A DNA stretch of 64,000 bases from Chiloscyllium plagiosum. Lineage: Eukaryota. Both the position numbers and the translations under genes were made by a program. The notes under the pieces were generated by a model. It was not told where the DNA came from. It did no database searches and saw only the letters and a list, made by a program, of their open reading frames with translations. How positions within the stretch are numbered: position 1 is the stretch's first letter; each line of letters opens with the position of its first letter. This document shows positions 49,846-63,195 of this stretch, one piece after another. Where the stretch lies: positions 71,338,511 through 71,402,510 of the forward strand of contig NC_057711.1 in assembly GCF_004010195.1 (NCBI RefSeq), in the 5' to 3' direction.

Positions 49846-52800
49846 ATCAAGAGAAGTAAAATCATAGAACAAGAAATTTAACAATAGTGTTCATTTTTCA
49901 ATGAAATGGCCTTTGACCTTCCAATATAATGGCTGAAAGCATGCATTCATGTTAAGAGCAATAATAATGTATTAGTTAAAAAAAAACTCAGCATATAATC
50001 TTCACAGTTGGAACATTAGTCATTTTACATATGTAACTAAGGTGTAATTCCTGGTTGAGGCCTCTACTGCAAGATTCATTTGCTCAGAGGCAAACAGTTT
50101 AAGTGTTGGCTGTACAGAGGAAATCAAGCTTGGAGTGATGTATTTGAAGGTGTGTAGCCCTTACAGTGAAGTGGATGGCTAGCTTACTGTCTTCCTGCTC
50201 ACACCCCCAGACCTGACCCCATTATTGCAGGGGTGTATAATGCACTCCCCAGCCTTTCAGTCCTTAGTTCTATTGAGGTAATTAAAGTTGGCAATTAAAG
50301 GACAGCTAAGGATTTTATTATGCATCTGCTTCCATTGTATATTGAGTGGGGGAAGGTGAAGGGAAGGTGGTCATCCTAGAACTTTGACCGCTAAGTCTAG
50401 AATGGCTCTCTGTGTCCATTGGAGGCACTCCCCACCAAGATGGTATCTCCCTCTGTGCATCCATTCTATCTATAAATCTGATAACTCCATCTTCAACAAA
50501 ATGTCAGGACTCTTCTGAAGGTCAATGTTCAGTTTTTCTCAACATTACCTGCAATCCCAGCAACAGCCACAAAGATCTGGTGGTGCTGGGTCCACTGAGC
50601 TGCTGGCCAATCAGATTTTCAAAGATAGGACTTCTTGTATTTGAATGGCAGGAGTCCTTCTCTCATATTGTTAAGGCAGTTCCCAGCATATAGCGCTGCC
50701 ACAAGGCAGCCAGGCTTAAAGTTGATGCAGCACCAAAAAACTTCCACTTAGGAGAGTGAGGCAGATGATCAACATGCCACCCCTTGTAAAACTTACCCCT
50801 CGGTCTATTTGTGATGGAACCAATCAAGATGCATTTTTAAAAGTAGACATGCCTCAATAAAATACAGCATCCACCCTACATTCAAAGAGGGTGGACCAAC
50901 ACTAGGCACTCCACCTTGGTGCCACTGCTACCCTGTCTAATTTGCCTCCTTTCCAATCCCAGCGACTGCTACTTTCAGTCCCACTTGCTTCTAATCCTGA
51001 ATCAATTGCCCCCTCCCATTTCTAGTTCTCCAAACAGGAAGGATACGCAAAACAATCTCTTTGAGGATAGTTACTCTTTATGAAGAATCAATATCTGAGG
51101 TGTATCTATTATAATGCCTCGCTACATTCAGCCAAAAGCAAGGAGAGAAGAAACCTAGTCACTTGTACAACAGTTTTAAAAAGTAATAGAATGTGAAATG
51201 AAGTCACTGGTGCTTCAATATGTGATTGATAACAATGGGCTGTGACTATTTTATTGACATGCTGAAGATCGACTGGACTACTGACAATGTTGAACTTTGA
51301 TCATGGCCTTCAACTCTCTAGATTATCCTCAGTTTGACACAAGAGTACACAGACATATCCATTAGAAGTTAATTAAGAAGTAAAATGACTGGGATAATGT
51401 GGAGCCATTGGAAGATAGACTATTTGCTTTGAAGTAACAGCAAACATATCACTCCTGATTATTTAAGGAATATTTTGCTCATCTGAAGACAATGAACATT
51501 TCACACAGAAATGAAATGACAGAACTCTATTAGCATTTGAAATTTAAGTTTTATTATTCCTGTCATGACTCTAACAAAATCTGTTATTTTATGAGGTTTT
51601 TTTGGTTACCTTTCATCCTTGCTTGTTAAGTAAAAATGGACATTGAGGTAGATTTTGAAACACAGCATGGAGCACCATAAGATAAGCATTTCTTTTATGA
51701 ACAAAGAGAAACAAGTATTTTCTTATCTTTGTCATTGCTGCTGTGTAATTTATGGGTGTTAAGAAGAACCTTCAATCTTCAAAGGCAAAAATCAATATTA
51801 ATCCACTCTCACTTGTAATAGACGGATGTGGCTGGGGTAGATGTCACTAGGTACAGGGGAACTTCAAACTCAGAGTAGTCAAAGGGTCCTTCAGGAAATG
51901 CAGTCATTGCAGAGTTAGTAAAATTGGGCATGAGGGTGTAGTTGATGCAGAAAATTAATTCTGTCAGTATAAAATTCTGCAGCAAACAGAATTTAAAAAG
52001 AAACATTTCATCATTGGTTAAACAGTAATTTCCTGTAAATATTCTGTCATGATTATTTAATCATCTGCTGAATTCACAAAGAGGCAAGAAATGTATGCTG
52101 TGCAGAGAGGTGTTAATCTGTCTGGCATATTTTATTCACCAAAATAAATTTTTCATCAGCGTATAGCTTTCAACTACTGATTGCTCAGCGTTAGGCTGAG
52201 AGAAAAGAATGTAAATCAGCCAGCTTTCTTCTGAGTAAGATTGAAAAATAATTGATAAAATAATTCATTTTTATTTTGCTCACCATATTTCCATGATATT
52301 TCATCTGCTCAATATAATATATTCAGTTTGAGATGCTTTCCTTTTGTAGTTTTAAGATTACAGCATCTCTTTTAAGAGGAAGAAAAATCAAGATGAACAA
52401 CATGAAAGGGTTTTTGAAAAAGAAAAATGGTTATCACCTTTCGTTTATGAATGCTTGCATACATGAATAAATCCGCCCAGATTAAAAAGTCTTTTAGCCA
52501 AATCGTTCAACAATGGGTGACTGTTGCTGGGGACAGTCTGAACCCGAACTGTCATCATGAACAAACAACTGCCAGCCTGCAGTTCTTTTGTCAGGTCCTG
52601 ACAAGTGGATCAATAAAAACACAGAGAAGGTTCAATAAGAACAGACAACAGTAATCTGGCTGGCTTTTCAGAGGCTGCAAAAGCCTGGAACAACCTCCCC
52701 TTGTTCATTTCTTTAAGCCCCTTCAGGCTATCACCTTTCTAGGCCCCTGTTAATTAAAAACTGCCTCCCGCTAAAGTTCGTTGGCAGACATTTTCCTAGT

Positions 52801-54469
52801 GTCAAACATTCTACTGGCTGCTGTGAGAGGAAATTAGATGAGGGAGAACTCTGAAACTGTGAGAAGAAAAAAACAGTGCATTCGGAGCCAAAATCACATC
52901 TTATTGCTTTGGGTCATCAATCAGCAACTGCAAATTTGTAACATGACTTCATCTCTCTGCACCACCCCCACCAAACAAATCGAAATGTGAATTACATATT
53001 ATGCTACATTCTTAGACTAATTCTCTTTTGTTCCCTTGGCAGCCAAGAACACCTTGAGACCACCTTCTATAGTGCAGAGAAATAAAGGATTTTTTTCTCT
53101 CTCTCACAGCGGCTGTGGCAGTGATTAGAATTTTAATTGTCTGGCACAGGGTGGAGAAAATCATTGAAACGCCATAAAAGATTCACAATGCCAGGGAGAT
53201 GAAGGGTGTGCTGATGCAGCTTCACAGGCTGATTGTTACATTAGTAATTCTGCATGAACATTAAGTCCAGTCGATTTGCACGGAATGCCTTTCAAACATA
53301 AAACCCAAACCAAAATTTGTTTCATCATAGATTTTACAGTGCCTTAGCAAATAACCTTTATGTGATTTTTGTGCAGAGCTGGTTACCTATATAATCCCAT
53401 TGTGGTCATTTACATGCCAGTAATTAAGGTTATAATTACAAAATCCAGCTACAGACTTTAATTGCATTTTGCTGATCGTTTCCTCCCACATGGATGGCAT
53501 ATTTACTATTAACAACCTTTGCAGCCTATTTAATGCTCCCAAAAATGAATCTGTCTGTTAAGAAAAATATGTGAAGGAATTGATGAAAGCAAAACAAAAT
53601 CCTCCTTAAGTTTCTGTATATTTCAGAGACAACATAATCAAGACAAGCCGATAAGAAATCATGCTGTTAATAGAACTTAATCATGGAGCATCTATCACAG
53701 TGACAATATGATATTGTCTGAATGGATTTGTATGGAAAAAATTCCTTCCTTGCTATTTATTTTCTTCGAATGTAGAAAATACTGACTAGAACATCAAAAT
53801 TATAGAAGTCAAAATAAAGAAACTGAGAATGGTAACCAACTATTTTTCTCCCAAAGATTATTTGTTTTGATCAATCAATGTTTGCTAATCATGGCCAGGG
53901 GTGATTTGCAATTGAGGAGAAATTCATTTTATCTAGCTACTTATGACATTGATACTACATGTCGGAAAGAATTTCATATCAGCATATTCAAAAACAAGCA
54001 GGATTTCAAATTGAGTTCTGAAGAAGGATCACTGCTTGAACTGTTGACGCTGCTTTCTCTCTGCAGATGCTGCCAGACCCACTAAGTTTCTCCAACAATA
54101 TCAGTTTTGGTTTTGGGTTTCCAAGTGACGCATTCTGAATTTATCCAGTAGTGTGATAGCAATAGCATACTGCCTCGATGGTGATAGTAAATGCCAATCC
54201 ATTTAAATCTCTTCTTATATTAATTTCCAACTACATTATCTAACAAAGTTAAATGACACTTTTGCTTGAGATTGAATATTATGTGCAAACAAAATAACCA
54301 CTTCCCAGACACCAAATATGATAGCCCTTACCTGAAGCAAAATATCTACCATCAGTAATCCAACTAAAAGTATTCCAGAAGTGCTCCCAAAAAAATTAGT
54401 TACATTAAACACACATGATAACTGTTTAGCAATCCATTCCAAACAAATACACATCATTCTGGGTGCAAT

Positions 54470-55585
54470 TTGGAGCACTTGCATGGCACATTGATAAGGC
54501 CCTGCATGGAAGACTGATAGCAAAGGCAAGAGTCAATGGAATTCAAGGGAATTTGGAAAATTGAATCCAAATTGGCTGAGTGTCAGGAAACAAAGAGTGA
54601 AGGTTTGATGGGCGTTTTTCTGACTGGATGTCTGTGTCCAGGAGAGTCCCACAGGGGTCACTGATTGGGCCCTTGCTGTTTGTGGTTTATATAAATGATT
54701 TAGACTTGAATATAGCAGAGTTGATCAGTAAGTTTGCAAACCATATTCATATTGGTTGAGTGGTAAATAGTGAAGTAGATAGACAAGATGATATGGATAG
54801 ACAGGTCAGATGGGCTGATCAGTGGCAAATGGAATTCAGTGCAGTCAAATGTGTTGCACTTCAGCAGGACAAACAAGGCAAAGGAATACATGAAGAATGC
54901 TCAGACCCTGGAAGCACCAACGATCACAGGGACCTTGGTATGCATGCACACAATTCCTTTCAAGTATCAGAACAGGCAGGTAAACTGCTCAACATGGCAA
55001 ATGGGGAACTTGCCTTTACTAGTCAAGGCATGGAGTTTAAGAGGAGGGAAGTTATGCTCAAACTATATAAAATATTGGTTTGACCACAGCTAGAGTATTG
55101 TGAGCAGTTCTGGAATTCACATTATAGGAGGGATGTGATTGCACTGGAGAGGGTGCAGAGGAAATTTACCAGGATGTTGTCTGGGCTAGAGAATTTCAGT
55201 TATGAAGAGAGATTGGGCAGACTATAGTTGTTTTCCATAGAACAGAGAAGATTTAATGGGAGCATGATTGTGATGTCTAAGATTATGAGGGGGATAGATA
55301 GGGTAGAGAGGAAGGAAGATCCTTTGGTGGAGGAATAAATGACCAGGAGGTATAGATTAAAGGAAAGGGGCAGGGCTGTTTACCCAGAGTTGGTGGGAAT
55401 CTGGAGCTCGTTGCCTGTAAGGGTGGTAAGGGCAGAAACCGTCATAATATTTAAGAAATGTTTATACTTGCAGTTATGATACCAAACAAGGCTATGGGTC
55501 AAGTGCTCTGAAAATGGGATTAGAACAGTTAGGTCAATATGGGCTGAAGGACCTTTTTCTGTGCTGGAGATATCTGTGACTCTGT
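54470..55585 (+). mobile_element. CR1 RT/3' fragment
   Basis: Remnants of RVPQGSLIGP, YINDLD, WADQWQMEF, LEYCEQFW and VQRKFTRML. Confidence 0.88.
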
Positions 55586-55864
55586 GAAGACAGCTCCCCA
55601 CCAATTTCTCAAGGGGATCTAGTGATAGTCAATAAATGCTGACCCAGCCAGCAATGCCCACATTATGTAAATGAAAGTGAAAAGAAGTTGCTTTCCTGTT
55701 GTGATGAGAATAATGACGAACATGGTGGTTTAAACGGACCAGACTCCAATCATCAGGATTCTACCAGGGTGAAAAATTGTCACGACTAAATTCAGATGGC
55801 AAGATCAAATTCTCATTATACAGTGGTGAGAAGGTTATTTGCATCCATTTTCATCTTATTAGTT

Positions 55865-56100
55865 ACTGAACTCATCATATTTCACCCCAGTCCAGAAATT
55901 TGAACTTCAAAAATTTGACAGTAAAATCCAAGCAGGTAGCTATTGAGTTAGTTCCTCTGGCACAAGCCTTCATGGCAATGTGACCATCTTCCTTTATTTT
56001 AGATAGTACCACCACAGCAGCAGGTTGCTCCATGGTTAACGGGCACCATGTCTCCCTGGACCCTCTGTCCACTCAACTGGGTCTCAGCAACACTATAACG
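55865..56100 (-). pseudogene. Possible second, more decayed Harbinger transposase fragment
   Basis: DRGSRETWCPLT resembles DKGYPLxTWLLT; TNSIATCL...LKFKFLDW resembles YNxSHxxTR...LKxRFRCLD. Confidence 0.35.
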
Positions 56101-57419
56101 TCTGAACATTGGGTTGCTTGCTACTGAATAGGCTCAGGCCAGCATTTATTCTCTGAGATTTAGCTTTTGTGGGCAAACTCAGGCAGGAGTCTATGGCTGA
56201 CAGGTAGAAATTTAGCATAGAAGGAGAAGAAGGAATATTGTGGCAATGGGAAACAGTGAAGTGGAAGTGGAGGAGAGGGAACATGTCAGTGTTTGGCACA
56301 ATGCTGCATCAATATTAGCGATGCAGTATGTGCTTGCAGCCAATATGCCAAACGCACATGCTTGAAGAGAATGTTGATGTGTAAACATCAAAGAGGAGAA
56401 ATGTTAATTGGAACTGAATCAGTCAGCAGGTACTGCCATGGGCAGTCTGTGGGTTGGGCCATTTATAATCTCAGGGAACTGGCTACAGTATTCAAGCAGT
56501 TGGTCAAATACAAGTCTAGGGATTGGACCACAGTCAGTTCTTACATTCAGATAGGAACACTCTGGGTCATGCAGTTTGCTAACTCGGGGTTCTATTGCAA
56601 ATAGAAGACAGGCCATGATCAGTCGTGGTTGTGGGTCATACTTTTCAGGAGTCAGTCCACAATGATGTTGAAGTTGCTGGTTTGCTCAAGGCTTGGGGTT
56701 GGCCTCATTGTATTCCATCCCGAGGGAATGGTCACAGATTTAGAGGGCAGTTGCAGATAGTAGGATGGTCCTGGTGGTTTATCAGAGGAGACTATGTGGG
56801 TTCGAAGTTGGGGGAAGAAGAATCAGAGCAAACCTTGATCTGGGCCAGCATGGGCAGTAGCACATTGACAGACATGAGCTCCAGTGTAAAATAGGGACAC
56901 CAGTAGTGGTATAAAGAAGCTTAACCCAAATAGTGTGAGTAAGGAAGTGACATGGGGTCAGAGGGATTGCAATACAATAGGCAACATGAAGAATGGATGG
57001 TAATTCATGGGTTATAGGCAGAATCTATACATCCCTCACTTGAATGCAGTGTTAGGACTTTGTATTATTGATCTGAAAATCAACTGTGCAATCAGATCTC
57101 AATGTGGAAAACAGTGCCCCCAAAGTAGGAGCAGTAAATTACTGTTTATTCCATGGGGACAGAGTGGAACATTGAAACCTGAGGCCCTCATCATGACTGC
57201 ACTAACTAAACACTGTTATTCAACTACCTTCAATTTACAGTTATCTGTAAGTCAACATTAATTACAGCACTTAATTGTGAAATATATTCATGAGGTAAAT
57301 ATTTTGCCAACTGATTGCAACCCAATGATTTCTAAGATCAATAAGATTCAATTGAACAAAGGACTCTCAGGTGCAACTTCATCTTCTGAATTGACCAAGG
57401 CATACAGCCCCACGGACAG

Positions 57420-57955
57420 AGAACCCAACAGACCAGAGAGAACCTTCTAACTGCCCACTTCCAGGATGTCTGAGAAGCAATGAAGATTTAGTATTTGCTA
57501 ATGATAATTTCATTTGAGCAGTTGGCAGAAAGCCCTGAGCCTGGTGTTTTCCACATTGTTAACTAATTTACTTGTTTTCAATACTTGTTGCACTGTGCAA
57601 TGAAATGTGAATCTAATTTCCTTACCTCTAAAGTGAAGGTGCCAATGCTAACTTTGCCCATGACCAACTTTAGTGATAAAGTGGCTGTGACAGTGAGCAC
57701 TTCCACTCCATCGTGCTTCTAGGCTTTGCACTAGAATGATCCTCATGCCAAAGATGTATGAATCAGATTAAGGAGTGCATTGCAACATGGGAACCATCAA
57801 GTTATCACTCATCTTCAGAATGTTCCTTCTGTGCCATTCCTACGTCACATCCTTTCAGTGCTTCTGAGTGTTGTGAGCCCTCCCTGTAATATTGCTGTTC
57901 TTGAGCATCTGCTATCACATTGCTGAAAGTAGAGAGTTGTGGATTAACCATGAGA
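57420..57955 (+). repeat. Left arm of a long inverted repeat (partner 63196-63770)
   Basis: Reverse-complement match; core 57659-57887 vs 63281-63512 is about 90% identical by eye. Confidence 0.92.
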
Positions 57956-58680
57956 ACATAGAACAGTACAGCACAGCTCTTCAGTTCACCATATCTGTGT
58001 TGGTCATGTTGCTATTCTAAACTAATCTCATCTGTCTGCACGTGGTCCATATGTTTCCATTCCCTGCCTGTTCATTTATTTGTCCATTAAACATTGCTGT
58101 TATCTTCTTTTACCTCCACCCTTGGCATCACGTCCCAGGCACCTACCACCCTCTGTGTAAAAAACTTGCCTCCCACGTCTCCTTTAAATTTTCCCCCTCT
58201 CACCTTAAACCTAAGCCCCCTATTATTTGACATATCCACCCTGGGAAAAAGACTCCAACTATCCACCCTAATCATTCTTCTCATAATTTTACATATTTCT
58301 ATTAAGTAGGTCCTCAGCCTCTGATGCTCTAGTGAAAACAATTCAAATTTGTCCAAATGCCCCTCATAGTTGATACACTCCAATCCAGGCAACATCTTAA
58401 TAAGCCTCTTTTGCACCTTCTCCAAAGCCTCTAAATCCTTCCTGTAGTGACCAAACTACACACAATACTCCTTGGATGCACCCTTGTGCTCTTCCAGCAC
58501 CACTAATCCAGAATCTGGTTTCCCAAATCTGCAGTCATTGTTTTTACCTAATTAAAGTTTTGTATAGCTGCAGCATGACTTGCCAACTTTTATACTCAAT
58601 GCCCAGACCAATGAAGAGCAGCATACCATACGACTTCTTTACCACCTTACTCACGCATTGCCATTTTCAAGGACTCCCAA
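57955..58680 (-). mobile_element. CR1 3' fragment
   Basis: ORF MEKVQKRLIKMLPGL...GKFFTQRVVGAW. Confidence 0.88.
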
Positions 58681-59400
58681 GATAGTATACTATGAAGATA
58701 GCTTAACATGAGCGCCCAATGTGGGCAATAAATGCAACTAGGTTATGTTTTAGGGTTAGGATTAGGGATATACAGCACATGCCCAAATCCTGTGAATAAA
58801 TATAACAAAAATAGCAGTGCATTTGAAAAATCATATTCTATTGAAGCAGAGTCAGCACAGATTCACAAAAGGGAACTCATGTCTGACTAGTTCATTAGAA
58901 TTTTATGTGGAAGTCTCAACCAGAGTGCATAGAAGGGATGTGCTGTGCTTGGAATTCCAGAAGGCATTTGACAAGGTGTCTTATCAAAGGTTAACTCCTA
59001 AGATATGAATCTGTGGTGCTTGAATTAGCATATTGACATGGATAGAGAATTGGCACAGGGATCAGTGCAGGGACTGTAACTACTTAAAATATAGATTAAC
59101 CACTTTGAGGAAGGAAGCGAATGTACCGTAGCCAATTTGCAGATGACACAAAAATAGGTGGAAAGGCAAGTTGGGAGAGGAATATAAACAGTTTATAGAG
59201 AGATAAGTAAGTGGACAAAAAGTTGGCAAATGGAGTATAATGTGGGAAAATGTGAAGTTGTTCATTTTGGAGGGGAGAACCAAAGAACAGAATTTTATTT
59301 AAAGGAGAAAAACTGAGGAAAGCTACTAGACAAAAGGGTTTGGAGAACATGTGCAAAAACACAGAAAGCTAGCACACGGGTGCAGCAGGTAATCAGAAAG

Positions 59401-60000
59401 GGTCATAGAATCATAGAGATATACAGCACAGAAACAGACCCTTCGGTCCAACTTATCCATGGTAACCAGATATCTAAATATATTTAGTCCCATTTGCTAG
59501 CAATTGATATCCGTCTAAACCCTTCCTACACGTTTACCAATCCAGGTGCCTTTTAAATGTTGTAATTGTACCAGCCTCCATCAATTTTTCTGGCAGCTCA
59601 TTCCATACACACACTCACCTCTACATGAAAAAGATGCCCCTTAGGTCCCTTTTAAATCTTTCCTTTCTCACCCTAAAGCTATGCCCTCTAGTTCTTCACA
59701 CCCACACTCCAGGGAAAAGACCTTGTCCATTTATAATATCCATGCCCCTCATGATTTTATAAACCTCTATAAGGTCACCCCTCAGCCTCCAATGCTTCAG
59801 GGAAAACAGCCTTAGCCTCTCCCTACAGCTCAAATCCTCCAATCCTGGCAACATCCTTATAAATCTTTTCTGAACCCTTTCAAGTTTCACAATATCCTTT
59901 CTATAGCAAGGAGACCAGAAATGCATGCAATATTCCAACAGTGGCCAAGCCAAAGTCCTGTACAGTTGCAAAATGACCTTCCAACTCCTGTACTCAATGC
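59401..60000 (-). mobile_element. Nested CR1 3' fragment
   Basis: ORF MQLYRTLAWPLLEYC...LRGDLIEVYK and a catagaatcatagag tail. Confidence 0.9.
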
Positions 60001-60174
60001 CATGGAATGTTAATCCTTATTTCAAGGAGGTTTGTGTATAAGAATAGGAAAATCTTACTGCAACTACAAAAGGTGCTGGTGAGACTACTTCGAGATCACT
60101 GTGAACAGTTTTGGTCACCTTATTTAAGGAAACATATTATTTCATTGCAGACAGTCCAGAAAATGGAAGGTTTT

Positions 60175-60660
60175 TTTTTTGTATTCAATTGTGAGATGTA
60201 GGTGTTGCTGGCTGGGCCAGCATTTATTGCCCATCCCTTGTTGCCCTTGAGAAGGTGGTGGTGAGTTGCCATCTTGAACTGCTGTGGTCCACCTGCTGTG
60301 GCTTGACCCACAAAGTCATTAGTGAGAGAATTCCAGGATTTAGACCCAGTGACAGTGAAGGAATGGAGTTATATTTCCAAGTCAGGATGTGAGTGGCTTT
60401 GAGGGGAACTTGAAGGTGTTCCCATGTACCTGCTGCTCTTGTCCTTCTAGATGGAAGTGGTCGTGGGTTTGGAAGTCGCTGTCTGAGGATATTTGGTGAA
60501 TTTCTGCAGTGCATCTTGTAAACAGCACACACTGCTGCTACTGAGCATGATGGCCCAGAGTGCAGAATCTACAATCTACAATCTACAACCTCATAGCTCA
60601 GCATACCTTCCACTCAACCATTACCATCAAGCCAGGGGATCAGCCATAGTTCATGAGCAG
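60175..60660 (-). mobile_element. Nested L2/CR1-group LINE 3' end
   Basis: YKMHCRNSPNILRQRLPNPRPLPSRRTRAA...FKMATHHHLLKGN, then tail gggatgggcaataaatgctggcccagccagc. The same tail occurs at ~43850 and ~55630. Confidence 0.8.
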
Positions 60661-62049
60661 AGGTTAAACAGATTGTGAATCTTCTCGTTGGAATTTAGAA
60701 TAAGTGGCGAAACATAAAAGATTCTTAAGGGGTTTGACAGGATAAATGCTGAGAGGATGTTTACCATCATTGACGTGTCTTGGACCAGAAGGCATAGTCT
60801 CAGAACAAAAGGGTGCCAATTTAAGACTGGGATGAGGAGGGATTTGTTCTCTCAAAGGGTTGAAAGTCTTTAGAACCCCTTGCCACAGAGAGCTATAGAA
60901 GCAGAATCCTTGTGTATATTTAAGGTTGATACAGATCATTTCTTGATTCCTATAATCGGGGTTATGGAGAAAGGGCAAGAACATGGACATGAGGAGTATT
61001 GATCGGCCATGATCCTATTGAATAGAGGAGCAGGGTCAAGGAACTGAATAGCCTACTTCTGTACCTATTTCTTATGGCCTTAGGTGGAAGGACAAGACAC
61101 CTCCGGAGTGTCCTGAGATGGAGCTGGACAGGTACCTACCTGTCTCCCTTCCTTTCTGTGAGTGCCTGCTGGCATGTCTTCTTAAGAAAAACGAGCACCT
61201 GGATTGAGTTTGAGGGTCTTTAACCTCTACTTGGCTCATCATTGATATTAAAGCTTTGGAGTGCAGGTGTGAGCACTTACCCAGTCTCTACTGAGCATTC
61301 TGATGGATCTGGGTCTCCATATGCTGGAAGATTTCTGTGTAGTGACACTGTAGAAAGTCTCCTCCATCTTTTGTTCCAGTCTACCAAGGCCCGTAAGCAA
61401 GTTTAATCAGATAGAAACTGGTTCATTTTGAAGAAGATGTCTTTAACAAGAAATGCATTGTTATTAGCATTGAAGCAGGACTGAGGAAAAAAGTCCTCAG
61501 TATGTAGAAAGAGAATTCGGAAGCAAGAGGCTTCGGAAGTGCCAGAGAGGAAAATAAATCCAAGAAGGCTGTTGAAGATCTGAGTTTAAGAAACATATGC
61601 CGGTGGTATGTGAGTTAATTTAGGAACTTGTTTATGGGTCTTATGAGGAAACCTAGAAATTAAACTAAGAAAACTAGCATTGAATACAGAAATCTATCGA
61701 AGAGAAACCAATCACAGCTGAGTCAATTGAATAAGGAGTTGTAACATGGAGACATGGGTGAGCCTTAACTGAGGTTTGATTATCTGTAAGATTTCTGTTG
61801 GATTTGAAAGGGTTCAATCTTTCCTTATAATACTTGTCATGAGACCATTCCAAATGTTCTTGTATAGTGTAACATAGTTAATATTTTTTCATTTTTGCGA
61901 ACATTTTGTGTTCTTCTGTCATAAGTACATTGGCACCCTCATATGAATATGTTCAGTGATTGATCTTTACAGTAAATATTAAGATAACTTATGGTCTCTA
62001 AAGCTGGTCTCAGTCTGGGGTCTAACTTTTCTAACATTACCATCATTTG

Positions 62050-62340
62050 GTGATGGGAGGGAGGCATTGCCTAGCAGTTGTGGAGTGTAAATGTCACATC
62101 TCACTTATGGGTCCCAGCCTAGATGTTGTCCAGGTCTTGCTACATCATAACATAGACTGCTGTAGCATCTGAAAAGTGGCAAACAGTACTATACAGTGTG
62201 CAATCACCTGTAAACATTCCTACTTCTAGGTGTAGTGGTAAAGGACATGTCATTGATAAAGGAATTGAAGGTGATTGGGTCAAGGACGAATTCTTACAAT
62301 GATATCCCAGGTCTGTGCTGATTGGCCACAGATAATCACA
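62050..62340 (-). mobile_element. LINE RT fragment (L2/CR1-group)
   Basis: EVGMFTGDCTLYSTV resembles EVGMFADDCT (RT motif C). Confidence 0.65.
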
Positions 62341-62374
62341 AACAATTTGCTTTTTTGATAAAACAGAATTAGTT

Positions 62375-62600
62375 GAGAAAAGACATTTGTCGTAACTTTT
62401 CATCTCGCACTCATCATGACATTTTGCAAGAATATCAAATGAAGGGGAAAACCAATATTTTCACTGCATGAACAGAAAGTGCTGGTTGTTTGCCAAGTTG
62501 TCTCTGCAAGTGGAGAATGTATCCATTATTGCTAAGTGACAGCTAAATGTCAAGCTTTGCTTAAATCAGGGAAGTTGACTGTCAGGCAGTTTGAGCCATT
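62375..62600 (-). mobile_element. pLTR of PLE family D with a decayed hammerhead
   Basis: Minus strand gtc-aTGATGA-gtgcgagat-GAAA-agttac-gac; similar to 39975-40240. Confidence 0.6.
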
Positions 62601-63195
62601 TTTTGCTGATGATGAGTGCTACCCCTGATAACATTACTGTTTAATTTGGCTTGCCCAGGGCATGTTATTTCACCCAATAATGTGCTTCTTGGCTCATTAT
62701 CTGTGCAGGCAAATGTTATGTGAATCACATGGACAGCTAGTCTGAAGGTCTCACTACCAGTGAGGCTTTTGAGTTTGAAGGGTCTGGTGTGGTATTCAAT
62801 GACCAGATGGACAGGAGTTCAAATGCTGCAAGCCAGAATATTCTCCTTGGCTTACAGTTCTTAACCCAACAGAAGAGATACCAGCAAAAGAGCCTCCCAT
62901 AACTCCCTGCTTTGCAGAACATGCCCTAAATACTGGATCACCGAAACACAGGATAGCCTCTATCCAATATATAGAATCAAGAGACCATCATATCATACCC
63001 CTTCAGCCTAGGGTCATATAGCAGCACAGGTCAGCACAATTGAACCCCATAGGGAAACAAACACTGTTACTTACAGATTGCAGTGAAGGATGAATGTTGA
63101 GAACACTGAGGCTAAAGTAAGGTGTCAAGGAGGAGGCAGGACTTGTGATGTTTAAATGATGCAGGTTATGGAGAGATGAATGAATCTATGATGCT

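Larger units (their letters stand above)
58815..61082 (+). mobile_element. CR1 host element split by two nested LINE insertions
   Basis: SQHRFTKGNSCLT...EFQKAFDKV up to 59400; resumes at 60001 (LVRLLRDHCEQFWSPYLRK) and again at ~60670 through the 3' tail. Confidence 0.85.

Noticed and set aside
50040..50800. Possible non-autonomous Harbinger derivative (similar patches near 700-1080, 15290-15705, 38200-38800)
   Set aside because: Similarity too decayed to define ends by eye.
61330..62055. Possible old solo LTR
   Set aside because: LTR-like composition, but no clear TG...CA termini or TSD.
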